Shown here: piece by piece, positions 55,412-64,000 of the stretch
Numbering within the stretch: position 1 is the stretch's first letter
Layout: each line of letters starts with the position of its first letter
Source of the DNA: Gemmatimonadota bacterium
GTDB lineage: Bacteria; Gemmatimonadota; Gemmatimonadetes; JACCXV01; JAHWKZ01
DNA length: 64,000 bases
Assembly (NCBI GenBank): GCA_039588915.1
Contig: JBDGYV010000006.1
Location: forward strand, 13,116-77,115
Direction: 5' to 3'
Made by a program: the position numbers and the translations under genes
Notes under the pieces: model-generated
Database searches by the model: none
What the model was told of the DNA's origin: nothing
The model's input: only the letters and a program-made list of their open reading frames with translations

Positions 55412-57089
55412 TCAACCGGCTGGTGCCGGCTTGCATCGTCGTAAACAACGCGATCGCAGACACTCCGCCGACCGCGACCAGACCACCGGCTATCCCCCCC
55501 CACTCGCCAGCGCCGACACCCCAACCCAGCCAAGAGGCCCGGAAGGAGTTGTAGACGGGCCAGGCGAGGACAGTAACCGACGCCAGCACTAGCAATGCGC
55601 TCATGACCATAAACAGGAACCCCGCGTAGCCGGCCGTCACCTGAGAGCTGTCGGGGGCATCGAACCGTGGATGGGAGGCTCCAAGCCCAACGGCCATTCC
55701 TACGATGGCCGCCGACAAGAACAAGACCGTTGCGACCGAGATCACGCTCAGAAGCAACGTCGTCTGGAGCAACGCGTTTGATAATACAACCAACAGCTCT
55801 GCCAATGCGACCAGCGGCAGAAATCCGCTCCAGAACTTGGCCCACAGTATCTCCCCGATCGTCACCGGACTGGTCTTGAGTAACCAGAGCGTGGGCCCCT
55901 CGAGGCTCACCCCGGGGAGAACGAATCGGGCCGCCAATGCGGTGACGACGAAACCAACCAGGGCGATGTTCAAGAACGCCAGTAGGTCGCGCAACAAGTA
56001 GCCCGTCCCGCCGGCGGCATCCAGCGGAAGCACCCTGAAGTTGTACAGATAGATGGCGATCACCGCGAGCAGCAGAAAAAGCTGTGACCACTGGCCCGGG
56101 TCGCGGAAAAATGTCGAGACGTCCTTGACGATCATCGCCCGCACACGTCGCGGGAATGGCCGGGCTAAGAACTGCACTGTGCGACGCCACCACAGCTGGC
56201 GCGTCCACTGGACCTGTCGCGCCTCCTGAGACTTCGAGTAGCCGGTCCGAAACATTTCGCGAAACACGCCCCCAGCGGCGATCGTCGATACGATCGCACC
56301 GACCACCAGCAACGAGCCATACATCGTCACGGCGTCCCAGTGCACCGCATTGTATACGCCCAACACTTCACCCAGAACACGCGCCGCCCAGTACGAAGGC
56401 AGCCACGGGAGTGTGGGGTTTGATAGGGAGACCAGATACTCGGCCCACGTCCCGAAGTCCTCGGGTCGCACGAACTCCTCGGGCCGGACCGCGCGTAAGA
56501 GGATGACGATGCCAGCTATGAACATCAATGCGACGAGCGACAGGAGATCTCTCGCGCGCCGGGCGGGAAACAGGTTCACCAACGCGACGGCGACCAAGAC
56601 ACCGATCGATGTCGTAATCGCAACGCAGCACCCGACTGCTACCACCAACGCCGCGTAGTAGCCCAAACCGGCGCCAAAAACGACCCCATAGGCCACCCAC
56701 ACCGGAATAGCGAGAAAGATGGCTGTCCAGGAAGCCAGCGTGGCGACTTCGACCAGCTTCACGCGGAACAGTCGGCGCAGCGGGATCGGCGCCGCGATCC
56801 ACATCGGCAAATCGCGCGCCAGGAAAATCTGACTGACGGCCGTGATTAGCGCTGAGAAAGCGAGGAACGACAGCCATAGCAGAAACAGCAGTGCCAGCAG
56901 CTTGGCGGCCAAGATCCGACCCAGGTCGGGATCGACGGTGGTGAAGTGATTCAGCACCCGGACCATGATCAGGTAGAGACCAGCCCAAAAAACGAGCCCA
57001 AGGACGACCGGCACGCTGATCCTGTGGATCCCGCCTGGTCGCTGCTCGCGCTTCAATCCGGCGAGCCGGGGATAGAACAGGGTCGTCAC
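55395..57089 (-). CDS. Large polytopic permease of a putative ABC exporter
   Basis: About 12 predicted TM helices. The GTG start at 57087-57089 overlaps the ATPase stop (GTGA). The tracker's longer N-terminus overlaps the ATPase gene and is rejected. Confidence 0.6.
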   Translation of the reverse strand: MTTLFYPRLAGLKREQRPGGIHRISVPVVLGLVFWAGLYLIMVRVLNHFTTVDPDLGRILAAKLLALLFLLWLSFLAFSALITAVSQIFLARDLPMWIAAPIPLRRLFRVKLVEVATLASWTAIFLAIPVWVAYGVVFGAGLGYYAALVVAVGCCVAITTSIGVLVAVALVNLFPARRARDLLSLVALMFIAGIVILLRAVRPEEFVRPEDFGTWAEYLVSLSNPTLPWLPSYWAARVLGEVLGVYNAVHWDAVTMYGSLLVVGAIVSTIAAGGVFREMFRTGYSKSQEARQVQWTRQLWWRRTVQFLARPFPRRVRAMIVKDVSTFFRDPGQWSQLFLLLAVIAIYLYNFRVLPLDAAGGTGYLLRDLLAFLNIALVGFVVTALAARFVLPGVSLEGPTLWLLKTSPVTIGEILWAKFWSGFLPLVALAELLVVLSNALLQTTLLLSVISVATVLFLSAAIVGMAVGLGASHPRFDAPDSSQVTAGYAGFLFMVMSALLVLASVTVLAWPVYNSFRASWLGWGVGAGEWGGIAGGLVAVGGVSAIALFTTMQAGTSRLSAREL

Positions 57090-57889
57090 ACCAGGGAGGA
57101 TTCGTCGATCGACCCACCGCGCTCGGTCAACCCCAGGAAGATCTCCTCGAGCGAGCTGTCTTCCCGACGCGCCTCCCGGCGCAACTCGTCGACCGTTCCC
57201 AAGGCGATGATCTCCCCACGATGGATGATCGCAACCCGCGTGCACAACGCCTCGGCGATTTCCAGCGTATGGGTCGAGAGAAACACCGTGTGACCCTTGG
57301 CAGTGAGGTTGGATAGCAAGGTCTTCATCCGGCTCTGACTGCGTGGATCGAGGCCCACGGTGGGCTCATCGATGATGATGATCTCGGGCTCGTGCAGCAG
57401 CGCCGATGTCATGGCCAGCTTCTGTCGCATTCCATGGCTATAGGCTTCGATGAGCTCGTCGATCCATTCACCCAGGTCGAATCGCTCGATCAGATCGCGT
57501 GAACGTTCGCGGACCGTCGCCGGACTCAAATCGTACAGGTGCCCCACGAACTCCAGAAACTCCGACCCGGTCAGCTTGTCGTACAGAAAGGGCCTGTCGG
57601 GGACAAATCCGATTCGACGTTTGACCTCGTACGGATCCTTCACGACGTCGTATCCAGCAACCTCGACCCGACCACCCGACGGCAGCAGTAGACCGGTCAT
57701 GATCTTGATGGTGGTCGTTTTTCCGGCCCCGTTGGGTCCCAGGAAACCGAATAGCTCGCCGGGTTCGACGGTGAGCGAGATCCCGCGCAGAACCGGAAAC
57801 GCGCCGTACGATTTGGTTAGATCCGTGAGAACGATGCCACTCAATGCGTTGGGTCCTGCCTTGAGGGGGTTTATCGCGACTCTCGGCAA
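57086..57889 (-). CDS. ABC transporter ATP-binding protein
   Basis: Walker A GPNGAGKTT, signature YSHGMRQK, Walker B IIIIDEPTVGLD, H-loop STH. Confidence 0.9.
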   Translation of the reverse strand: MPRVAINPLKAGPNALSGIVLTDLTKSYGAFPVLRGISLTVEPGELFGFLGPNGAGKTTTIKIMTGLLLPSGGRVEVAGYDVVKDPYEVKRRIGFVPDRPFLYDKLTGSEFLEFVGHLYDLSPATVRERSRDLIERFDLGEWIDELIEAYSHGMRQKLAMTSALLHEPEIIIIDEPTVGLDPRSQSRMKTLLSNLTAKGHTVFLSTHTLEIAEALCTRVAIIHRGEIIALGTVDELRREARREDSSLEEIFLGLTERGGSIDESSLV

Positions 57890-58473
57890 TCGATGACGTC
57901 GTTTTCGGTGACGATCCGATCGACCGCCTGGTCGCGCTCGGTATGTGGAACCCTCTCAACAACTTGCAAGGAAAATGCCAACCCCACGGTCGGGGCCTGG
58001 ACCGAAGCCAGCCAGCGGTCGTAAAAACCGCCCCCGAGCCCCAGCCGTTGCCCGGTGCGGTCAAATGCAACACCCGGCATGACCACCAGGTCGATCTCGG
58101 CCTCCAGGACGCGTTTGGCACGGGTGGGATCGGGCTCCCAGAGCCCGGCCGGGCTGCGCGTCAGCTCATCCAGCGAGCCGATCTCGAGCCCGACCATTTC
58201 CGGTGGCTCGTAGGCCACGATTCTGGGGACTGCTACCCGTTTGCCCTCGGTCAGCGCTCGGCTCGCAAGGTCGTGGGTCGGCACCTCGCCCGGGAGGGCG
58301 TCGATGTAGAGGTGGACTGTGCCGGCTCGGCGAAAGTCCTCGAGCTCGACAAGCCGCGCGGTGATCGCTCGGCCCAGCCTGGCCCGGAGGCGCGGGTCGA
58401 GGGCCGAGCGAGCCCGTAGCATGCGTTTTCTGAGCGCACCCTTGGCCGCCGCCACACTGTCGCGATCGGCCAT
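57871..58473 (-). CDS. 5-formyltetrahydrofolate cyclo-ligase (MTHFS family)
   Basis: GLGGGFYDR motif and overall 5-FTHF_cyc-lig architecture. Confidence 0.8.
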   Translation of the reverse strand: MADRDSVAAAKGALRKRMLRARSALDPRLRARLGRAITARLVELEDFRRAGTVHLYIDALPGEVPTHDLASRALTEGKRVAVPRIVAYEPPEMVGLEIGSLDELTRSPAGLWEPDPTRAKRVLEAEIDLVVMPGVAFDRTGQRLGLGGGFYDRWLASVQAPTVGLAFSLQVVERVPHTERDQAVDRIVTENDVIDCRESR

Positions 58474-58486
58474 ACTTTGGCGCGGG

Positions 58487-59875
58487 CTACGCCCGCTTAA
58501 CGTGAATGGTCAGCCCGTCTACGGCAGTGACTTCGACCTCAGTGCCGGACTCGAGCGGCTCATCAGCCCGTGCCTTCCACAGCTCGCCATGCACCAGGAC
58601 TTGACCTGAGGGATCGATTTCCCGTCGCACCACGCCCCGCTCGCCAATCAGTCCCTCGCGACCGGTCGTCGGCTTTGTTCGCCACGTACGGTACGCAAGC
58701 CCGAGAGCGATCACAAAGAACCCAGCAGTCACCACGACGGCCGGAACTATCACGCTCCAGCTCACTCGGAAAAACGACCCTGGTGCGTCGAACAACATCG
58801 TGGCGCCAAGCACGAACGCGATGATGCCACTGACGGTCAGCAGTCCGTAGCTCACGATCTTCACCTCGGCGATGAACAAGAACAGCGAGAACAAGAGCAG
58901 CAGCACGCCGACATAGTTGACCGGCAGTGCTTGGAGGGCGAAAAACGCCAACAGCAGCGAGATCACCCCCGCCACGCCGGGCAAGATCGAGCCCGGGTTC
59001 ATGAGCTCGAAGAAAATACCGTAGATCCCAATCAACATCAGGATAAACGCGATGTTCGGGTTGGCGATCGCGTCCAGGATCCGGAACCTGAGGCCTTTAG
59101 GGATTTCCCGAATCTCGGCCTGGGCGGTGACCAGCGTGACGGTACGATCCAGCACCTCGACTTCGAGGCCGTCGATCTCATCGAGCAGCTTGGCGAGGTT
59201 CGGTACGACGAGATCGATGACGTTTAATTCGAGTGCTTCTGTCTCGGTGATCGCATCGGCCTCGCGCACTGCGCGTTCGGCCCATTCAGCGTTGCGTCCC
59301 CGCTTCTCGGCAATCGTTCGAATGAACGCCACTGTGTCGTTCAAGATCTTGCGTTCGAGATCGGTCTGGCCCTCCGTCTGTTCTTCAACCACCGAGTCAG
59401 CGGGGGCCGGTCCGCCAGGCGCGATGTCCCCTCCGCCAATGTTGATCGGTGTCGCCGCGCCGATGTTCGTCCCCGGCGCCATCGCGGCCACATGCGCGGC
59501 AAGCGTGATGAAAACCCCGGCCGACCCGGCTCGAGCCCCGCCGGGCGAGACGTACACGACCACCGGCACACGGCTGGCGAGCATCGCCTGGATAATGTCG
59601 CGTGTCGAGTCGACCAGACCGCCAGGTGTGTCGAGCTCAATGATCAGCGCGTTTGCGCGTTCGTCCTCCGACTGGTTGATGGCGTCGATCAGAAACTCGG
59701 CCGACGCCGGCTGAATCGCGCCATCGATCTCGACATGGAACACGAAGTCGCGGCTGGGTTCAGTCGCGATCGTGTCGGGCTGTGCAACGGTAGAATCTTG
59801 GGCTGCCGCTGGTAGAGCGACTAGCAACAGGGTAAGCGCGGTGATGACCATGCGGGGCTTCGACGCTGGGGTCAT
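58487..59875 (-). CDS. NfeD-family membrane-bound ClpP-class serine protease (long form with C-terminal OB-fold)
   Basis: Signal peptide, ClpP-like N-terminal domain (IIELDTPGGLVDSTRDI…YVSPGGARAGSAGVFI), 4-5 TM helices, and a C-terminal OB domain. Confidence 0.8.
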   Translation of the reverse strand: MTPASKPRMVITALTLLLVALPAAAQDSTVAQPDTIATEPSRDFVFHVEIDGAIQPASAEFLIDAINQSEDERANALIIELDTPGGLVDSTRDIIQAMLASRVPVVVYVSPGGARAGSAGVFITLAAHVAAMAPGTNIGAATPINIGGGDIAPGGPAPADSVVEEQTEGQTDLERKILNDTVAFIRTIAEKRGRNAEWAERAVREADAITETEALELNVIDLVVPNLAKLLDEIDGLEVEVLDRTVTLVTAQAEIREIPKGLRFRILDAIANPNIAFILMLIGIYGIFFELMNPGSILPGVAGVISLLLAFFALQALPVNYVGVLLLLFSLFLFIAEVKIVSYGLLTVSGIIAFVLGATMLFDAPGSFFRVSWSVIVPAVVVTAGFFVIALGLAYRTWRTKPTTGREGLIGERGVVRREIDPSGQVLVHGELWKARADEPLESGTEVEVTAVDGLTIHVKRA

Positions 59876-59905
59876 GATTCCAGAAGCTAATGGTATATTC
59901 GTGCC

Positions 59906-61612
59906 ATGCGTAATTTAGTCGCCCTCGGTTTGTTGGTCGCGTCGCTAACCGGCTCAACTGCCTTGGCTCAACAGCCGCGGTGGTGGTCGCCGGTCGTCGC
60001 CGACAGCGCGATGGTCGTCACCGCCAAGAGCGAGGCGACGCGCGTTGGCGTGGAGATCTTGCGCCGCGGTGGGAACGCCGTCGACGCGGCGATCGCGGTC
60101 CATTTCGCGCTCGCGGTCGTCCTACCGTCAGCCGGCAACCTTGGCGGCGGTGGGTTTCTCGTTGTGCGCACGGCGGATGGCGCGGTCCACACCTACGACT
60201 ATCGGGAAACCGCGCCGCTGGCGGCCAGCGAGGACATGTATCTGGACGAGTCAGGGGAAGTCAGACCTGGGCACCCGTCTTGGTTCGGCGCGCTCGCGGT
60301 GGCGACACCAGGATCCGTGGCCGGCATGAAGCTCGTTCACGAACGGCACGCAACGCTGCCTTGGGCGGAGCTTATCGAACCGGCGATCGAATTAGCCGAG
60401 CGCGGGTTTCCAGTCGACCCGTATGCGCTCCGGTTGATCGCCGGCAAAGTCGACGACATCCGACGCTTTCCCGGCGCCGCGGCGATTCTGCTGTCGGATG
60501 GTCAACTGCCAGCGGTTGGAGACACCATCCGCCAGCCCGAGCTCGCCCGCACCCTGCAGCTGATCGCGACGGAAGGGCCAGGGGTCTTCTATCAGGGTGA
60601 GATCGCCGACTCGATCGTCGGCGCGATGGCGCGACGTGGGGGCTTGGTCACCCACGAAGACTTGCGGCGGTACCGGGCCGTTGAGCGACCTCCGATCACG
60701 TTTGATTACCGCGGGTACACGGTTCATAGCATGGGTCCGCCATCTTCGGGCGGCATCACGCTCAAGCTCATTCTCGAGCAGCTCGAAACGATCGACCTCG
60801 GCAACTACCCCTATCACGGCGCGCGTGCAGTCCATCGCATCATCGAGGCTATGCGACGCGCATTCGCGGAACGAAACGCGTTGCTGGGCGATCCTGACTT
60901 CGTCGACATCCCCAAGTCGATTGTAACCGAACCGTACGCGCACGAACTCGCGGCCTCGATTGACACGTTGCGCGCCACGTCGTCGATCGACATCCGGCCC
61001 GAACTCAGCGCGTCACGGGCCACGGTGGAGAGCACGGAGACGACCCACTTCTCGATCGTCGATCCGATGGGCAACGCAGTCGCATCCACAACCACCATCA
61101 ACGGTTCGTTCGGGTCGCTCGAAACAGTGGCCGGCTTCTTTCTCAACAACGAGATGGATGATCTGACCGTGAAGCCCGGAGTGCCCAACGCGTATGGACT
61201 CGTGCAGGGGCGATCGAACGCCATCCAGCCCGGCAAGCGCCCGCTGTCGGCGATGACGCCGACGATCGTGGTTCAGAACGGAAAGCCTCGTTTTGTCGTC
61301 GGTTCCCCGGGGGGCTCGACGATCATCACCACCGTCGCACAAATCTTGATCGGCGCAATCGATTACGGAATGACACTAGCCGAGGCACTCGACGGTGGCC
61401 GGATCCACCACCAACACCTTCCAGACACGATTCGAGTCGAACCGTGGACTCTCTCTGAAGACACGGTGGCCCAACTCGAGTCGATCGGTCATCGAGTGGA
61501 AACGCGGCACGGCTACTCCGGCCGGGCGCAAGGAATCGAGCTTGGCCCTGAGACCGGTCTCCTGTATGGGCGAAGCGATCTTAGGGGCGGTGGAGAAGCG
61601 GCCGGTTTCTAG
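59906..61612 (+). CDS. ggt: Gamma-glutamyltransferase
   Basis: Signal peptide; catalytic-Thr region TTHFSIVD; GGSTIITTV; conserved small-subunit motifs. Confidence 0.9.
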   Translation: MRNLVALGLLVASLTGSTALAQQPRWWSPVVADSAMVVTAKSEATRVGVEILRRGGNAVDAAIAVHFALAVVLPSAGNLGGGGFLVVRTADGAVHTYDYRETAPLAASEDMYLDESGEVRPGHPSWFGALAVATPGSVAGMKLVHERHATLPWAELIEPAIELAERGFPVDPYALRLIAGKVDDIRRFPGAAAILLSDGQLPAVGDTIRQPELARTLQLIATEGPGVFYQGEIADSIVGAMARRGGLVTHEDLRRYRAVERPPITFDYRGYTVHSMGPPSSGGITLKLILEQLETIDLGNYPYHGARAVHRIIEAMRRAFAERNALLGDPDFVDIPKSIVTEPYAHELAASIDTLRATSSIDIRPELSASRATVESTETTHFSIVDPMGNAVASTTTINGSFGSLETVAGFFLNNEMDDLTVKPGVPNAYGLVQGRSNAIQPGKRPLSAMTPTIVVQNGKPRFVVGSPGGSTIITTVAQILIGAIDYGMTLAEALDGGRIHHQHLPDTIRVEPWTLSEDTVAQLESIGHRVETRHGYSGRAQGIELGPETGLLYGRSDLRGGGEAAGF

Positions 61613-61663
61613 CAGCTGAAGACCCGCGGGCTGGACGTGAACCCATGGTCTTCCGCTGACGCA

Positions 61664-62587
61664 CTAAGGCTCGGCGGGACGCTCGCTGGTTTCGGGAAGG
61701 GTCAGCCGGATCGGCACACTGAGCACAACCGTCAACGGCGTGCCGCTGGGCACGATCACCTCACGATCAGGCGTTGGAGCAACGAGCGTGGCACCGGCCA
61801 CGCCGCCTACGATCGTACCGACGATGACCGATCGGGATCCGCCGCCCAGAACCTGCCCCAGCAGAGCTCCCGTGAGCGCGCCACTGGCGGCACCTGCCAC
61901 CCGATCGCCACCGGGTGCGTCGTCGAGATTCGCTTCGAGCCCGTCAGCGTCGGGATCCGCCAACTCGGCCTTGAACGGCCGCCGCTCGCCGGACGGCAGG
62001 ATCAACGACCGGAATTCGAGCTCGACCATCGCCGGTTGCTCGTCATCGCCATCTTCGGCCCTCACGACCCGGCTGACTCGGCCCTCGACGAGCGTATGGG
62101 CCGGTAGCACGACGCTCTCACCTAGCTGAACGTCGTCAATCAGGCGGGCCGCGAACCGATCACCAACAAGTGTCGTCGCGGTATGAAGTGGCGTTCTCAA
62201 CTCCAGCTCGAGGTACGTTCCCGCTGGCAGAGTGGGATCGACTGTCGCCGGCTCAGTCGTTTCTTCGATCGTGGTGGCTACTGTGTCGGGCTCTCCCGCT
62301 TGAGTGCCATGTGGCACCTCGGAGATATCGACGGGCTCCGGCTCTCGGTCCTCGGGTTCACCGGAGGGAGCGGACCGTTCGATGATCACGACCTCTTCGA
62401 CCCATGTAGGGGGCATCGGCGATACAGCTGGACCGGTGTCCGCCAGTACAGAGATCGCGGCGGTCGAGTCGGCCTCGACAACGATCGTGCGGCCGGGCTC
62501 GTGTTGACACCCGAGCACGACGGCAACTAGCGCTGCGACGACGCCGGGCTGGCCATGGACCACTCGCTTCAGGAGCTTACGGCGCAT
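61664..62587 (-). CDS. Lipoprotein of unknown function with a C-terminal glycine-zipper segment
   Basis: Internal start MRRKLLKRVV…ALVAVVLGC (lipobox). Acidic Pro/Thr/Glu-rich middle region. Gly-zipper AGAASGALTGALLGQVLGGG…GTIVGGVAGA. Confidence 0.5.
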   Translation of the reverse strand: MRRKLLKRVVHGQPGVVAALVAVVLGCQHEPGRTIVVEADSTAAISVLADTGPAVSPMPPTWVEEVVIIERSAPSGEPEDREPEPVDISEVPHGTQAGEPDTVATTIEETTEPATVDPTLPAGTYLELELRTPLHTATTLVGDRFAARLIDDVQLGESVVLPAHTLVEGRVSRVVRAEDGDDEQPAMVELEFRSLILPSGERRPFKAELADPDADGLEANLDDAPGGDRVAGAASGALTGALLGQVLGGGSRSVIVGTIVGGVAGATLVAPTPDREVIVPSGTPLTVVLSVPIRLTLPETSERPAEP

Positions 62588-64000
62588 GCATCCTCTTCGT
62601 TCGCTCATTCCCTACGTCCGACCATACCGGAGATCCCTGATCTGGGGGGCGATTTGTATAGCCCTCAGCGCTGGGTTTGGTTCCCTGAGCCCAATCGTGG
62701 TCAAGTTTGCGATCGATGCGCTTCGCGCCGAGGCCACGTGGACCGCGATTTCTGTGTACGCCGGAGCGATCGTCGTTATCGCGTCGGTTCAAGGCGTCTT
62801 TCGGTACGCTCAACGACACTTGGTCTACGGCGCTTCGCGAAAGATCGAAACTGATCTCCGTGATGACTTATACGCCAACTTGCTAAGACAATCGCCGGCG
62901 TTTTTCGACCGATTGCCAACCGGCGACGTTTTGAGTCGCCTGTCCAATGATCTCGGCTCGGTCCGAATGAGCGTAGGCCCAGGCATTCTATTTGGTGTCA
63001 ACACGGTCGCGACAATCGCGCTGGCGATCGCGTTTATGCTCTGGATCGACCCGTGGCTGACGCTGTTGGCGTTGCTGCCGCTGCCGTTCGTTTCGGTGAC
63101 GGTCAAGCTAATGGGCCAGCGGCTCCATCGGCTAAGCCTCGTCAGTCAGACAGCGCTCGCCGAGGTAACGACGACGGTTCAAGAGAATCTGGCCGGCCTC
63201 AGGGTGGTCCGCGCCTACGGCTTGGACGGCAGCGAGCAGAGCCGTTTCCACGCCCGAAGCGAGGACTACGTGTTGGCCAACCTGAGGCTGGCGCGAGTCC
63301 GAGCGGTGTTGGGTCCAGCGCTCGGTTTCCTGCTCGGCCTGAGCCTACTGATCCTGCTCTGGCTAGGGGGTCGTCGCGTTGTGGCCGGACACCTGACGCT
63401 CGGCGACCTGGTGGCGTTCCTGATGTACCTGGGGATGATCAGTTGGCCTTTGATCGCGTTCGGCTGGATCGCCAACCTCTTTCAGCGCGCGACCGCGGCT
63501 ATGCGCCGGCTCAACGCAGTTCTGCTCGCCATTCCGACCATTGACGACGCTTACTCTGACCCGGCAGCCAGAATCACCACTGGCAGCATCGCTCTCGATG
63601 ATGTGGTTTTCCGCTATCATCCAGACAGGCCCCCGGTCTTGAATGGCTTCACACTATCGATACCCGCAGGCACGACAGTGGGGATCACCGGCCCCACCGG
63701 GAGCGGCAAGACCACGCTTCTCAGGCTGATCACCCGGTTGTATGAGCCCCAGACCGGGACGATCGAGATCGACGGCCGCCAAATTCGCGACTACCCGCTC
63801 GATGTGCTGCGGCGAGCGGTGGCGATCGCACAACAGGAACCGCTCCTGTTCAGCGACACGTTGAAGGGAAACCTGGAGTTTGGTAGCGCCGCCGATGGTC
63901 AGCTATCGGTCGACCAGGCGGTGTCGATTAGTGGTCTGGCCGACGAGGTACGCACGTTTCCGGCTGGCTACGATACCGTTGTAGGAGAGCGCGGGATCAC
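62586..64000 (+). CDS. ABC exporter with fused TMD-NBD (MsbA-like), 3' end truncated by the window edge
   Basis: Open frame from the ATG at 62586 to the window end (verified codon by codon; not in the ORF track because it has no stop). N-terminus MHPLRSLIPYVRPYRRSLIWGAICIAL; Walker A GPTGSGKTT; Q-loop. Confidence 0.85.
   Translation, partial: MHPLRSLIPYVRPYRRSLIWGAICIALSAGFGSLSPIVVKFAIDALRAEATWTAISVYAGAIVVIASVQGVFRYAQRHLVYGASRKIETDLRDDLYANLLRQSPAFFDRLPTGDVLSRLSNDLGSVRMSVGPGILFGVNTVATIALAIAFMLWIDPWLTLLALLPLPFVSVTVKLMGQRLHRLSLVSQTALAEVTTTVQENLAGLRVVRAYGLDGSEQSRFHARSEDYVLANLRLARVRAVLGPALGFLLGLSLLILLWLGGRRVVAGHLTLGDLVAFLMYLGMISWPLIAFGWIANLFQRATAAMRRLNAVLLAIPTIDDAYSDPAARITTGSIALDDVVFRYHPDRPPVLNGFTLSIPAGTTVGITGPTGSGKTTLLRLITRLYEPQTGTIEIDGRQIRDYPLDVLRRAVAIAQQEPLLFSDTLKGNLEFGSAADGQLSVDQAVSISGLADEVRTFPAGYDTVVGERGI

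Overview
High-GC (~65%) bacterial chromosomal window dominated by cell-envelope, outer-membrane and LPS-related genes. The PorX-like response regulator, DUF5916/CBM9-like and DUF4097 proteins suggest an FCB-group-like organism (Rhodothermota or Gemmatimonadota); this is inference, not verified. I called about 65 features. Main content: GlcD/GlcF-type oxidase; an oligopeptide-type ABC importer split by inserted genes; two ECF sigma/anti-sigma modules (one with a CpxP-like LTXXQ protein, one with two DUF4097 proteins); a Fur-family regulator followed by two tandem paralogous Gly-rich secreted proteins; an LPS cluster (kdtA, msbA-like, methyltransferase, Kdo-kinase-like) with an embedded PorX-like receiver-PglZ regulator; two PBP4 (DacB) paralogs; several ABC exporters; Mrp/ApbC; DHH phosphoesterase; GGT; NfeD; 5-FCL. 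Most notable anomalies: (1) a low-GC, doubly frameshifted DUF481 outer-membrane gene bracketed by 79-bp direct repeats that duplicate the 3' end of the neighbouring M28 peptidase gene; (2) a second frameshifted gene (PQQ sugar dehydrogenase), with all three frameshifts in homopolymer runs; (3) a BlaI-family repressor with no BlaR1, operonic with a large DUF5916 outer-membrane protein, an NTF2-like secreted protein and a macro-domain protein; (4) a low-GC orphan cytochrome b next to a gene-remnant zone; (5) two cases of divergent genes whose ATG start codons overlap in a CATG palindrome. No rRNA, tRNA, CRISPR or transposase was recognised.
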